Positions 12,146-22,451 of a stretch of DNA of 64,000 nt are shown piece by piece. The notes below the pieces were generated by a model. The model was not told where the DNA came from. It worked only from the letters and a program-made list of their open reading frames with translations, and searched no databases. Position 1 is the stretch's first letter. Each line of letters begins with the position of its first letter. Location: the NCBI RefSeq assembly GCF_006345805.1, contig NC_042997.1:87420001-87484000 (forward strand). Direction: 5' to 3'. Source of the stretch: Octopus sinensis (lineage: Eukaryota). The position numbers were made by a program, and so were the translations under genes.

Positions 12146-13026
12146 ATACAAAAACATGTGTTTACATACAAAGAAAGTTTTGAATTTTGCTTTTGCACTC
12201 AAGGAAGTAACATATAATATTTGTATTACAGTATATATGCATGTGTGTAATAAGAACAGTCATTTTGAGAATGTGTGTGTGTGTGATAAAACATCTTCGT
12301 TTACGAACCATATATCTTGTGTCGAGGTGAATAGACATGTGACTCGCACGTGGAGCCAACATCTGGCCTGGAAATGAAAGAAGTGTGCCATAAACAAGTT
12401 CTGCTGGGGAGTAACCGAGATCTTCCTTTATCGAGGCTCGACGGCCAAGTGGGACTATTGGAAGACATTCACTCCAACGCTGTCAATCTGGTTAAGCACG
12501 CAAAGCAGCTTTCATTTGACGGTGGAATCGTTCCACCATACCGTTGGATTATGGATGGTAACTGGTGGTTTGAATCCGACGTGAATCTATGGTCTTCGTG
12601 AGCTCATGGAAGAGTTGCGATTCAAACTATTTTTCACGGTTGGTAGTGTTGGTGGTAGGAACTCCGTACCATGATATCCATCCTTTGAGAAAAACTTTGA
12701 CAACAGATTCTGCAGTGATATCTACTAAAGGAAAAGCTTCCGGCCAACGTGTGAAACGATCAATGCAAGTGAGCAGGTAGGTATATCCCTGGCTGACTGG
12801 CCAAGGTCCAACAAGGTCGATGTGTACGTGGTTGAAACGCACATCTGGTGTGTTTAATGTGCCAAGGGGTGCACAGATGTGCCTATACACCTTTGATTTC
12901 TTACAGAAAAAGCAGGAGCGTGACCAAGCAGTGATATCTCGTCTTATATTTAGCCAAAAGAATCTAACCGAAATGAATTTCACTGTGGCAGTGACGCCAG
13001 AGTGTGACAGGTTATGCAGTGTGCTG

Positions 13027-13264
13027 TGTTATATAATCATCACAACAAACATGAACAATCAACGTCGCCCATTGTCTCCCTTGATAAAAGGACTTTCACT
13101 TTGTTTCCCGCCAAAACAATTAACTTGTACAACAACGGCAGTCGAATAAAGTATCTTGTATCGTTAACACGTTGTTTCAGTCTCTCTCATTTTCTTAATC
13201 TTTCATACTAAGTACTCACTACTTCCTTTAATACTCAATACATTATATATATATAACAACAACA
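13027..13264 (+). repeat. 5' LTR of Gypsy family C
   Basis: TG...CA termini, AATAAA, direct repeat of 16784-17021. Confidence 0.96.
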
Positions 13265-13275
13265 TGGTGTCAGAA
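13265..13275 (+). promoter_or_regulatory. Primer-binding site, likely tRNA-Leu(CAA)
   Basis: tggtgtcagaa is complementary to the ...TTCTGACACCA 3' end typical of tRNA-Leu(CAA), recalled from established tRNA sequences. Confidence 0.65.
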
Positions 13276-13318
13276 TACTAAAAGAACCCAAAATACAGAA
13301 ACCAAAGGAAAAAAGAAG

Positions 13319-16300
13319 TTGAAATCATACTTCAAAGACGAAATGGAAAATTTACCGCATCCAAAAGACCTAGACTTTAATCAGGAAAATCTAGCCGCTG
13401 CATGGAAAAAGTGGAAAAAAGAATTCAATCTCTTTTTGATAGCAACAGAAAGTGACACGAAGCCAGACAAAATAAAAACTTCAATGTTTTTAACTTGCAT
13501 CGGTTCTAAAGGCCGAGATATCCATTCCACACTGGATTTCGATTCACCCGACGAAGAAATGAACCTTCAGACAGTAATCGAAAAATTCGATGCATATTGT
13601 GAACCCAGGAAAAACATAACTTTCCTAAGACACAAATTCTTCACATGTGGACAAGCGGAACATCAAAAATTCGATGAGTACGTAGTAGAGTTGCGCCAAA
13701 AGGCACAACAGTGCGAATTCGGCAACCTCACAGACAGTCTCACCAAAGATATTCTGATATGTGGAATCAGAGACATGAGATTAAGAGAAAGATTATTGAG
13801 AGAACCAAATTTAGACCTACAAAAAACAATTCAAGCAGGTCAGAGTGCAGAGCAAACACGACTCCAATCAAGGATGCTAAATGCCACATCCGAAACAAGA
13901 GATAACGAAATCTCGAGGGTATATAGTCAACACGACAGAAAAGGCGCCAAAACTCAAATAACCCGCCATATGCAATCCAGACATCAAAACGAACAAGGCG
14001 GAAGTGACAGAAAGCCCGCGAAGTTTCAAGCGCCAAGTCAACACTACGTCACTAACTGTCACTATTGTGGTTATAATCACAAAAGAAATAAATGCCCAGC
14101 ATTTCACAAGACATGTGAAAAATGCAAGAAACAAGGACACTATGCAAAAATGTGCAAATCAAGAAAATTTGTACATAAAGTAGAGATACATACCGACGAT
14201 GAATCAGATGACGATACACATGCACTCGAAATGATCACTGCAAATAATTCCCGCGTGCACAAAATCGAAAAGTTCAAGACTCCAAAAGACATTTGGACGG
14301 TCGAACTAAAAGTGAACAACTCGAATGTAACATTCAAAATAGATACAGGAGCAGACGTAACCGTACTGCCATTCAGAGAATATAGAAATATAATTCCAAA
14401 ACCACAACTGCAAAAAACTTCAACTCGATTATCAGCTTATAATAACACAGCTATAAAAGTGCTAGGAAAATGCACAGCAGTCATTAAATACAAAGAATTA
14501 TCAAAGCAAATAAAATTCATTGTTGCAAAAACAAACTCGCACGCAGTTATAGATGCAAAGACAGCTAAAGATCTGAACCTGATTCAGAAAATTTCAAAAA
14601 TAATAGAGGGCATAGAAGGAGCAAGAAATTCACAGGATGACATCATAATCTGGTCCAACACTTTAGAAGAACACACAAATAGACTACAACAAGTTTTCGA
14701 TCGAATCCGAAAGCACGGATTAAAGTTAAATAAATCAAAGTGTATCTTCTATGAATCACAAATCAAGTACCTTGGGCATATATTAACCAGCGAAGGGATA
14801 AAACAAGATCCAACCAAAGTACAAGCAATCATTCACATGCCACTGCCAACAAGTAAAAAAGAATTACAAAGATTCCTAGGTATGACAAATTACCTATGTA
14901 AATTTTTATCTAATTACTCCGAGGTCGCAGCACCATTGCGCCAGCTTCTACAGAGTGACACGTTATGGTCATTCGACAAACCACAAATCGAAGCAATAAA
15001 AAAGCTAAAAGAAATGATTACCAGAAAACCAGTGCTACAATTTTATGATCCAGATCTACCAATAAAAATAACTACAGATGCTAGTAAGCATGGGCTCGGA
15101 GCGATACTTGAGCAGAAACACAACGAAAGATGGCTACCTGTTTCGTTTGCATCTCGTGCAACAACTCAAGCGGAACAAAACTACTGTCCGATAGAGAGCG
15201 AAGCTCTCAGTATAGTTTTCGCATGCAAGAAATTTCATCAGTTTATATACGGAACTCATTTCAGAATCGAAAATGACCATAAACCGTTGAAGCAAATATT
15301 CAAAAAATCGATCACTAAATGCCCCCCCAGAATCCAAAGATTTCTACTAACATTACAAAGATATGATTTTGACCTAAACCACATACCTGGTAAAGAATCA
15401 ATTGTTGCAGATACCCTATCACGTGCATACCTTGAGCAAAATACTCCAGAAGTATCAGACGAAGATATGAAATCGCACATTCATGCAGTAATAAAAAATT
15501 ACCCCATAACCGACACTAAATTAAAAGAGTATAAAGAAGCCACTGCAGACGACCCGTCTCTACAGACACTCGTCACATATACAAGAACAGAATGGCCCCC
15601 AAAAGACAAAATACCAATAAACATCAAACCATTCGTATCCGTTCGTGATGAAATATCAATCGTCAATGGTCTCGTTCTAAAAGGTTCAAGAATAATTGTA
15701 CCTAAGTCATTACGTAGAGAAGCTCTACAGGAAATACATACCGGACACATGGGTATCGAAAAATGCATAGAGAGAGCGAAGGAATGTATATACTGGCCCG
15801 GCATTAACGCTCAAATCAAAGACATGATTAACATATGCTCATACTGCATTGACTACAAAAATCAACAAGCAGCCGAACCACTAATAAATCATGAAATACC
15901 TACTACACCATGGACCAAAGTGGGTACAGGCGTATTTCACCTGTCTGGAAATTCGTATGTCACAATTATTGACTATACAACAAGATTTTTTGATCTACAC
16001 GAAATAAATGATTGCCAGTCAAAAACCGTAATCAAAAAATTAAAAGAAACTTTTGCTAAATTCGGAATTCCGCAAACAGTTGTAAGTGACAACGGTCCAG
16101 AATTCAATTCGGCTGAATTCAAAAAATTTGCAAAAAATTGGCATTTTCATCACACGAAGACAAGCCCGCATTATCATCAAGCGAATGGCATGGTTGAGAG
16201 AAATATACAGACAATAAAAAAGACGCTAAAAAAGGCATTCAAAAGTGACGAAGAACCTCAGTTAGCGCTCTTAGCATTACGCACGACTAAATTACAAAAT

Positions 16301-16906
16301 GGTGCACCATCCCCTGCAAATCAAATAATGAATAGAACATTGCGAACAAATCTCCCAAACATACTACACGACAAAATTGGTATCAGGCCTCACGAAAAGA
16401 AGGAATCAAACATTACAACAGAACTCCCAGAGTTAAAACCACACGACACGGTTAGAATTAAGTTTAACAACAATTGGTTTAGAAGGGGCAAAATAATTAA
16501 AAAACTAGAGCAACCTCGTTCATACTTAGTAATAACAGAGGAAGGAAATACAGTCAAACGAAATAGACAACATATTCTTAAAACAAACGAACACGTTCGC
16601 ATAACAGAAGAATTAGATTATGAAAATATATTTCCAAAGTCAACAAACACGCATGAAAAAACAAAAACAGCACAACTACAGAATTCAACACTACAAAATA
16701 ATAAAACCACAAAAAGTGGACGACGAATATTATTCCCTGTAGATACAGATGATATAAAAAAAAAAAAAAAAAAAAAAGGAAGATGTTATATAATCATCAC
16801 AACAAACATGAACAATCAACGTCGCCCATTGTCTCCCTTGATAAAAGGACTTTCACTTTGTTTCCCGCCAAAACAATTAACTTGTACAACAACGGCAGTC
16901 GAATAA
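13319..16906 (+). CDS. gag-pol: Gag-Pol polyprotein (1195 aa) of Gypsy family C, with an in-frame RT deletion and a probable integrase D-to-G lesion
   Basis: Gag, double Zn knuckle CHYCGYNH...CEKCKKQGHYAKMC, protease DTGAD, RT SQDD, RNase H TDASKHGLG and ENDHKPL, integrase HHCC, SDNG and VER. The ORF runs on into the 3' LTR. Confidence 0.92.
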   Translation: MKSYFKDEMENLPHPKDLDFNQENLAAAWKKWKKEFNLFLIATESDTKPDKIKTSMFLTCIGSKGRDIHSTLDFDSPDEEMNLQTVIEKFDAYCEPRKNITFLRHKFFTCGQAEHQKFDEYVVELRQKAQQCEFGNLTDSLTKDILICGIRDMRLRERLLREPNLDLQKTIQAGQSAEQTRLQSRMLNATSETRDNEISRVYSQHDRKGAKTQITRHMQSRHQNEQGGSDRKPAKFQAPSQHYVTNCHYCGYNHKRNKCPAFHKTCEKCKKQGHYAKMCKSRKFVHKVEIHTDDESDDDTHALEMITANNSRVHKIEKFKTPKDIWTVELKVNNSNVTFKIDTGADVTVLPFREYRNIIPKPQLQKTSTRLSAYNNTAIKVLGKCTAVIKYKELSKQIKFIVAKTNSHAVIDAKTAKDLNLIQKISKIIEGIEGARNSQDDIIIWSNTLEEHTNRLQQVFDRIRKHGLKLNKSKCIFYESQIKYLGHILTSEGIKQDPTKVQAIIHMPLPTSKKELQRFLGMTNYLCKFLSNYSEVAAPLRQLLQSDTLWSFDKPQIEAIKKLKEMITRKPVLQFYDPDLPIKITTDASKHGLGAILEQKHNERWLPVSFASRATTQAEQNYCPIESEALSIVFACKKFHQFIYGTHFRIENDHKPLKQIFKKSITKCPPRIQRFLLTLQRYDFDLNHIPGKESIVADTLSRAYLEQNTPEVSDEDMKSHIHAVIKNYPITDTKLKEYKEATADDPSLQTLVTYTRTEWPPKDKIPINIKPFVSVRDEISIVNGLVLKGSRIIVPKSLRREALQEIHTGHMGIEKCIERAKECIYWPGINAQIKDMINICSYCIDYKNQQAAEPLINHEIPTTPWTKVGTGVFHLSGNSYVTIIDYTTRFFDLHEINDCQSKTVIKKLKETFAKFGIPQTVVSDNGPEFNSAEFKKFAKNWHFHHTKTSPHYHQANGMVERNIQTIKKTLKKAFKSDEEPQLALLALRTTKLQNGAPSPANQIMNRTLRTNLPNILHDKIGIRPHEKKESNITTELPELKPHDTVRIKFNNNWFRRGKIIKKLEQPRSYLVITEEGNTVKRNRQHILKTNEHVRITEELDYENIFPKSTNTHEKTKTAQLQNSTLQNNKTTKSGRRILFPVDTDDIKKKKKKKGRCYIIITTNMNNQRRPLSPLIKGLSLCFPPKQLTCTTTAVE

Positions 16907-17021
16907 AGTATCTTGTATCGTTAACACGTTGTTTCAGTCTCTCTCATTTTCTTAATCTTTCATACTAAGTACTCACTACTTCCTTTAATACTCAATACAT
17001 TATATATATATAACAACAACA
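16784..17021 (+). repeat. 3' LTR of Gypsy family C
   Basis: Identical direct repeat of 13027-13264. Confidence 0.96.
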
Positions 17022-18499
17022 TGCTGAAGACTGTTTGTCTGTAGGTCTTCAGAACAAAAGGATGAGCAGAATTCGTGGAAGTATCGCACATAGCCTGTGC
17101 AGCATCTGTAGGTACTGGGAAGTACTTGAAGTTGCATGTGGCAAAGGCGGATGAGGATATATCAATTGTCTCTAATCGGAGTTGATCTTTAGCGAAGAGA
17201 TGTAAGTCGATGTCTGTGGATGACCACAGCGAACTCTAAGGTAGGCGCCATAAGGCGACTGCTGCAGTGTTATCTACACTAGAGATATAGCAGATGTCGG
17301 TGGTAAATTGGGAAATAAAATCCAAGTGCCTGGTTTCCTGTGGAGAGTACTTGTCAGGCTTCGAGTACAGGGTAAAAGTGAAGGGACGGTGGTCCGTAAA
17401 AATCGTGAATTGGCGTCCCTCGAATGTGTGCCAGAAATGTTTGACTGCTAAATACATATCTAACAGTTGCCGTCCAAAAGTGCTGTAGCGTGTTTCAGCT
17501 TTTTTAAGCTGCCGAGAGAAGGCAAGAACCTGGAGTTGTTCCTGGTGAAATTTTTGTACCACTGCGCCCCACCATTTTATAGGCCGTTCAAATGCGTGTT
17601 ATTAAAAGGAAAAAAACCCCAGTTAGTATGAATCCACCATAAGATATTTTTGTGCATAAATATAGTTTATTTTGTGTTCACATTTTGTGGTGGAAGCATG
17701 TAGTATGATACAAAAACATGTCTGCTTACATAAAGGAAAGTTTTGATTTTAGCTTTTGCACTCAAAGAAGTAACATATAATATTTGTATTACAGTATGTA
17801 TGCATGTGTGTAATGAGAACAGTCGTTTTGAGAATGTGTGTGTGATAAAACATCTTCGTTTACGAACTATATATCTTGTGTCGAGGTGAATAGACATGTA
17901 AGTAGCACGTGGGAGATTGAACGCGGAGCTAAAGAGCCATGTTTTCTTTCCTTTTCCTTCGTCCTTTTGTTTATATTGTATGCTCTTGTTTTTCACTCTG
18001 ATGACAATGTTTTGCCTTAATTCGAATGCCCTATGAAGATGAAGAATTTTATTCTCGCATTTATGTATATACTGCATTCTGGCAATCTGATCAGAAATGG
18101 CTGTAAGATTTGTTATGTCAATCTTTGTATTAATAAATAAGCAATAAATGTGTTCCAATCGATGTGTAGGCTAATTTATGGTTTTCTCCACTTTCTAATT
18201 ATTTGCATTTGTTCGCGATAAACTCTTGTTTATCCTGTTGTTATTTGCACTCTACGTGTACGGTGTGCCTGCACACCATCGCCCGGGGATAATAAAGGTA
18301 ACGGATACTGTTATGGATATTTTATCCCTTAGTCGGTTACTATAACCGCTAACTCAGTCTACTCCCCCCCCCGTTCTCAGACTTCATTCTTTTGGCTTTC
18401 TTTTCCTTCTACCTTACTGTCTCTCCCCCTCTCTCTCTCATTCTTCATTCTTTTTCTCTACAACCATTCCCTTTTTTTCTCTCCCTTTCTCTTACTCCT

Positions 18500-19015
18500 C
18501 CTCCTCCCTCCCGTCGTTGACCCGCGACAAGAACTCTGCTACTGTCTTTCTGTCCTGGTTGCCTTCAAGTAGAGATGGCACTTTCTGTTGCTCCTTCGCC
18601 ATTCTCAAAAAATAGCGTTCGTAAAAAATTTTACCTCGTTCGGCTTAACAGCTCTTCTTGTTTGTGTTACTGTTATTCTCCTTGTCCTGTCTTTTACTGT
18701 TTATATTTTGTACTGTCGTTACTGTACTATTTTTGTTACCATTTTTAACCCTCCGCAAAAAAATTTCAAATTTTATTTAATTTGATTTTCGCGGGAGGAT
18801 TGTTTCATTAAAGTCATGTATCGCCTTGACCTTCGAAACGTGGAGTAGATGAAACAAAGGCGACTGAAGAAGGGGAATTTTCCTTGTTTTGTATGTCCTG
18901 TACTCTATTTTTTCGTTGTTTAAGAAAAATGTCCATTTCCTTGGTTTTGTGTTTATGTTTTCGTTTCTCATTGTGTTCGACGTTTTTTTTGGTGTCCTGT
19001 ACCCATATATGCATG
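18500..19015 (+). mobile_element. Hammerhead-bearing terminal repeat of a probable Penelope-like or non-autonomous retroelement (copy A)
   Basis: Pyrimidine-rich upstream tract, hammerhead core, 3' end gtcctgtaccc(atat)n. The downstream ~140 bp is homologous to the reverse complement of 26880-27000. Left boundary approximate. Confidence 0.55.
18815..18875 (+). ncRNA. Candidate non-circularly permuted hammerhead ribozyme (copy A)
   Basis: CAUGU-A-UCGCCUUG-A-CCUUC-GAA-ACGUG-linker-CAAAGGCGA-CUGAAGA-A-GGGG; helices I and III covary with copies B and C. Confidence 0.72.
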
Positions 19016-19085
19016 TATATATACATGTAGAGGTAGGTACGTACATATATGTATGTATATATGCATATGTTTTATTTATTTATTA

Positions 19086-19129
<44 letters not shown>

Positions 19130-19375
19130 AGTAATTGAATGAGTTATCTTATTAAGGATAATTCGAAAGAATTAGGAATATGCAGCCTTCGAAACATATG
19201 TCGAGAATAAAGGATATTTGTTAACTAGTCGTTCAACTCCATTCTTTCATATACTTATATATATATATATATATAAATTAATCCAAACATGAAAACAAAG
19301 AGAAAACACAACAACGCGAGGACGTGGAACAAATATAGTATTATTGGACGCCCATGAAGGAAGGGAAGAAGGAGG

Positions 19376-19410
19376 GTTTAACGTTTCGAGCGGAGCTCTT
19401 CGTCAGAAAC
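19376..19410 (-). ncRNA. Minimal type I hammerhead ribozyme (Penelope-type)
   Basis: GUUU-CUGACGA-A-GAGC(UCC)GCUC-GAA-ACGU-U-AAAC: intact core, 4-bp helices I and II, palindromic ACGU helix III. Confidence 0.7.
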
Positions 19411-19464
19411 ATAGGAAAAGGAAAGATCCAGAGAAAGGAAGACGGAGGAAAAAATCGCCAACGG

Positions 19465-19515
<51 letters not shown>

Positions 19516-20689
19516 ATTATATCTGTTTTAAAATCCCTGTCCCATGTGCTCCCTACTATTCTATTCTCTCACGTATTCTTGTCCAGTCGCCAAATGATGA
19601 TTATGCGTTGCTAGTCTCGTTTCGATTCTTCATTCACTCATTCGCCATTAACACTTTAAATGTATTGTTTACTATTTAAATGTACTGTTTATTAACAGCT
19701 AATTTTCTCAGAAGCTAACTAATTAAATTAGGATAATTACTCGTCTCTTGGCCTGTTTAATTTCATATTCCTCGTTTCTTTAATTTTATTTCTCACCCGC
19801 CATGAACACAATGAATGTATACTATACTAAACACCCCAGCTACGTACGTTAGATCCTCGTACCATTTCCCCGAATTGAACTCGTTTGTTCGCCGTGCGCC
19901 CACCCTGACCTGCCCGACCCCACCGATCTTTACCCCGATCTCTATCTCTGGCTTCTCACCACCTACACCGGATATCTCTCTCTCTTCCCACCACCATTAC
20001 CTGATGTCTCTTCTCTCTATTGCTCCTCCTCACTGGGCTGTTCTCTATATATTACCTGCACTCTTCCTCCCCCCCCGGGACATATGCAACAAACTCAGTT
20101 GCCCTTCGTTTCGTTTCGTTCTGTCAAATGATTTCTCACCACTATTACCAGATGTCTCTTCTCTCAATCCCCCCTCCTCTCTGGTGCTGTTCTCTGTACT
20201 ACATGCACTTCCACTCTCTCCCCGAAAAATGCACCTAGGTTAGCTGCCCACCTACTTAACCGACTAACCTTCGTTTCGTTTCGCCCCGTCTAGAAATATT
20301 CCAATAACTATCCAATAATTTTCCATGCACATATCAATTGAAGGAAACTGATAATGGGCTGTACGTGTGTGCTTGTTCACCTGTGTCTGTGTGCGTACGT
20401 GCTTGTGTGTATGTATGGGTGAACTTGCTTCCTCACTCTGTCTGAAATCACCCCACCTCTTACGATGACCATAATACTTATACTCACAATGCTGCTAATA
20501 CCAAAAACACCTAATCCTACCTCTAGTAGGGGCTACGATCTTAATCCTAACACAGTTGAATGTTTGAATGATGTCAGGTCAGAAGTGAGAACAGATAAAG
20601 CATGCTTAGAAAACGAACACGACAACCCCACCTCTTCTTTTCAGGCACTAAATAACATCACTCCTCCCCAAGCCTCACCCCACATTCCT

Positions 20690-21120
20690 TTCCCAGTTTT
20701 CAGAGTTGGCACAGTCAATGTAGGCACTGAAAGGTAGGTCTAGTGAGATTGTAGAGATGCTAGAAAGGAGACGTGTCGATGTATGCTGTGTACAAGAGGT
20801 AAGATGGAGAGGAGCTTCGGCTAGGGTCCTCACAGACAAGGCAAGGTAACACGGATGGAGTGGGGGGGTAGGCATACTCTTTGCGGAGAAATGGGTAGAT
20901 AAAGTCATAGAGGTTGTCAGAGTATGTGATAGAGTGCTTAAGCTTAAGCTAGTCCTGCAGAACACCACAGCTATAATTATCTCTGCCTACACCCCACAAG
21001 CGGGCCTACCAAATGATGAAGGACCATTTTTATGATACCCTTCTACAGGCTACCTCAAAGACGAGCGACAATGACCTCATCTTTGTGGTTGGAGATTTTA
21101 ATGGGCATGTTGGGCAGCAA
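20690..21120 (+). pseudogene. RTE-clade LINE apurinic-like endonuclease fragment
   Basis: RVGTVNVGT, RRRVDVCCVQEVRWRG, ISAY.PQ and VGDFNGHVG motifs with frameshifts. Confidence 0.85.
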
Positions 21121-22428
21121 GTTTGTTTTGAACCGGACTTCCTGACGGAGAAGAATTGGAGTGAGGTGGCAAACAGGGTAGAGGCTCTAGTCTGGACTTG
21201 GTCTGGACGGGCGCTGTCCCTGAAAGGAAGAGCGGAGGTCGTACAGGTCTTCATTGCATCTATTATCACTTACCGTCTGATCGTTGTCCCTTGTTCTGAT
21301 TCGTGGCTGAGCAAGTTGGCACGACTCCACTTCCGCTTGTCGTGGAAGGGAGGAAAGCCGCTTGTGAGGTGCTCCGTTTGCTGCCAGGAACCACTATAGG
21401 GTGGGTTAGGGATGCCGTGGCTGATGATGTACAGACATGCACTGAAGCTAAGACATCTCTGGCTCTACCTGGATGGTGGCCAGGTGTGGAATTTGCTTGC
21501 AGAAGAATTCTTTCCACGACTGGCCTCCTTGGAGGAATTCACCCCCAATTTAATTAAAAGATGGACACGACTGGATGGCAAAAAAGTGCCGACAGGCACT
21601 TGCACTAATCCACAAGGTGGCCAAGGCCGGCAGCGGGAATACCACCTTAGTATTTTATAAAAGGATGGTAGAGATTAAGAGCAACGACGCTCTAGGAGAG
21701 ATTCTGGTGTTCGATGAGAACCAGCTAACCAACCTGTTTTATAGAACTTTCAGGGCGGGGATAATTACCAATGATCCCTGACCTGGTAGTGCTATAGGAA
21801 TGCATTACCTGTTTGAGATAAATTGTCCAGACACAGCATTCCAGTGTCACCGACATGCCCAAGGTGTGGGCAGGATGAGGAAACCGTCCTGCACGCCCTT
21901 GTACAGTGTCCGGAGATTTCGGGTTTGATAATTTACGTCGAACACATGTCACATCTGGGAAGAGTACAGCTGTCAGCTGAGTCTGTGATAAAGACTGTAC
22001 TGCCAACCGGACTTTCAAAGGAAGGTGAGGCATGTTTTCTCTGTACAGTTGCCGTTATGAAAGAGTGTACTTGGAGGACTAGAATGAAAGGAGTCACGAC
22101 AGGAACCTTTATCTCCGGCCCAGGATACCATCTGAGGAGCAAGATAGAGCTGGAGAGAAGGCATCTGTCGCGAGGCATATATGAGAAAAGAAGGAAGGAT
22201 GTTGTGAGGAAGTTGGGAGGGACTATCCCTACTTAATCACATGGCAGAAGGGTACAGTCTCTAGCCTTCTGGACCACAGTCAGTGCTTTTTAAAAATTTT
22301 TTATCATATATATATATAAAATATTTTTAAACAGAATGTCATCAAATAAGCTCACCAAGCATCATTAAGTGTTTTGTAATGTTCTGTTTTGTTCTTTCTA
22401 TGTTTCAAACGTTAATATTCGTAATAAA
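21121..22428 (+). mobile_element. 5'-truncated L1/Tx1-like LINE: ORF2 C-terminal half and 3' UTR
   Basis: WSGRALSLKGRAEVV, GGLGMP, CPRCGQDEETVLHALVQCP (RT C-terminal zinc finger); ends cgtaataaa. Confidence 0.88.
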
Positions 22429-22451
22429 GAATCATCTCTTAGGTATATCTC

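Larger units (their letters stand above)
13027..17021 (+). mobile_element. Young Ty3/Gypsy LTR retrotransposon (family C) with two 238-bp LTRs
   Basis: LTRs 13027-13264 and 16784-17021 (TGTT...AACA) identical by eye; 5-bp TSD tgctg; PBS tggtgtcagaa at 13265; purine tract (A)22ggaaga before the 3' LTR. Confidence 0.97.
10828..17945 (-). mobile_element. Internally deleted Gypsy family A element (5' LTR 17578-17945, PBS-like 17561-17574, RNase H-integrase remnant, partial 3' LTR), host to two later insertions
   Basis: Reverse-complement homology to 560-1745 and 2684-3029; tggtggggcgcagt follows the LTR end; two deletion junctions (PBS to RNase H; integrase to LTR). Confidence 0.85.

Noticed and set aside
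1-17945. One large inverted segmental duplication explaining all the mirrored ORFs
   Set aside because: The element B copies have different flanks with their own TSDs, and the family A copies are ~90% identical outside one tract. These are independent insertions plus a local identity tract.
17667-18158. 163-aa minus-strand ORF
   Set aside because: It runs from unidentified sequence into a Gypsy LTR, so it is a chimeric chance ORF; no motif recognised.
19140-19205. Partial hammerhead-like motifs (GAAACATATGTC and an upstream hairpin before GAAA)
   Set aside because: No intact CUGANGA partner in either arrangement; at most a decayed relic.
22429-22451. tctcttaggta resembles the 28S rRNA R2 target (TCTCTTAAGGTAG)
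   Set aside because: Only ~11 nt with a gap and no flanking rDNA similarity; the context is a hammerhead-bearing repeat.
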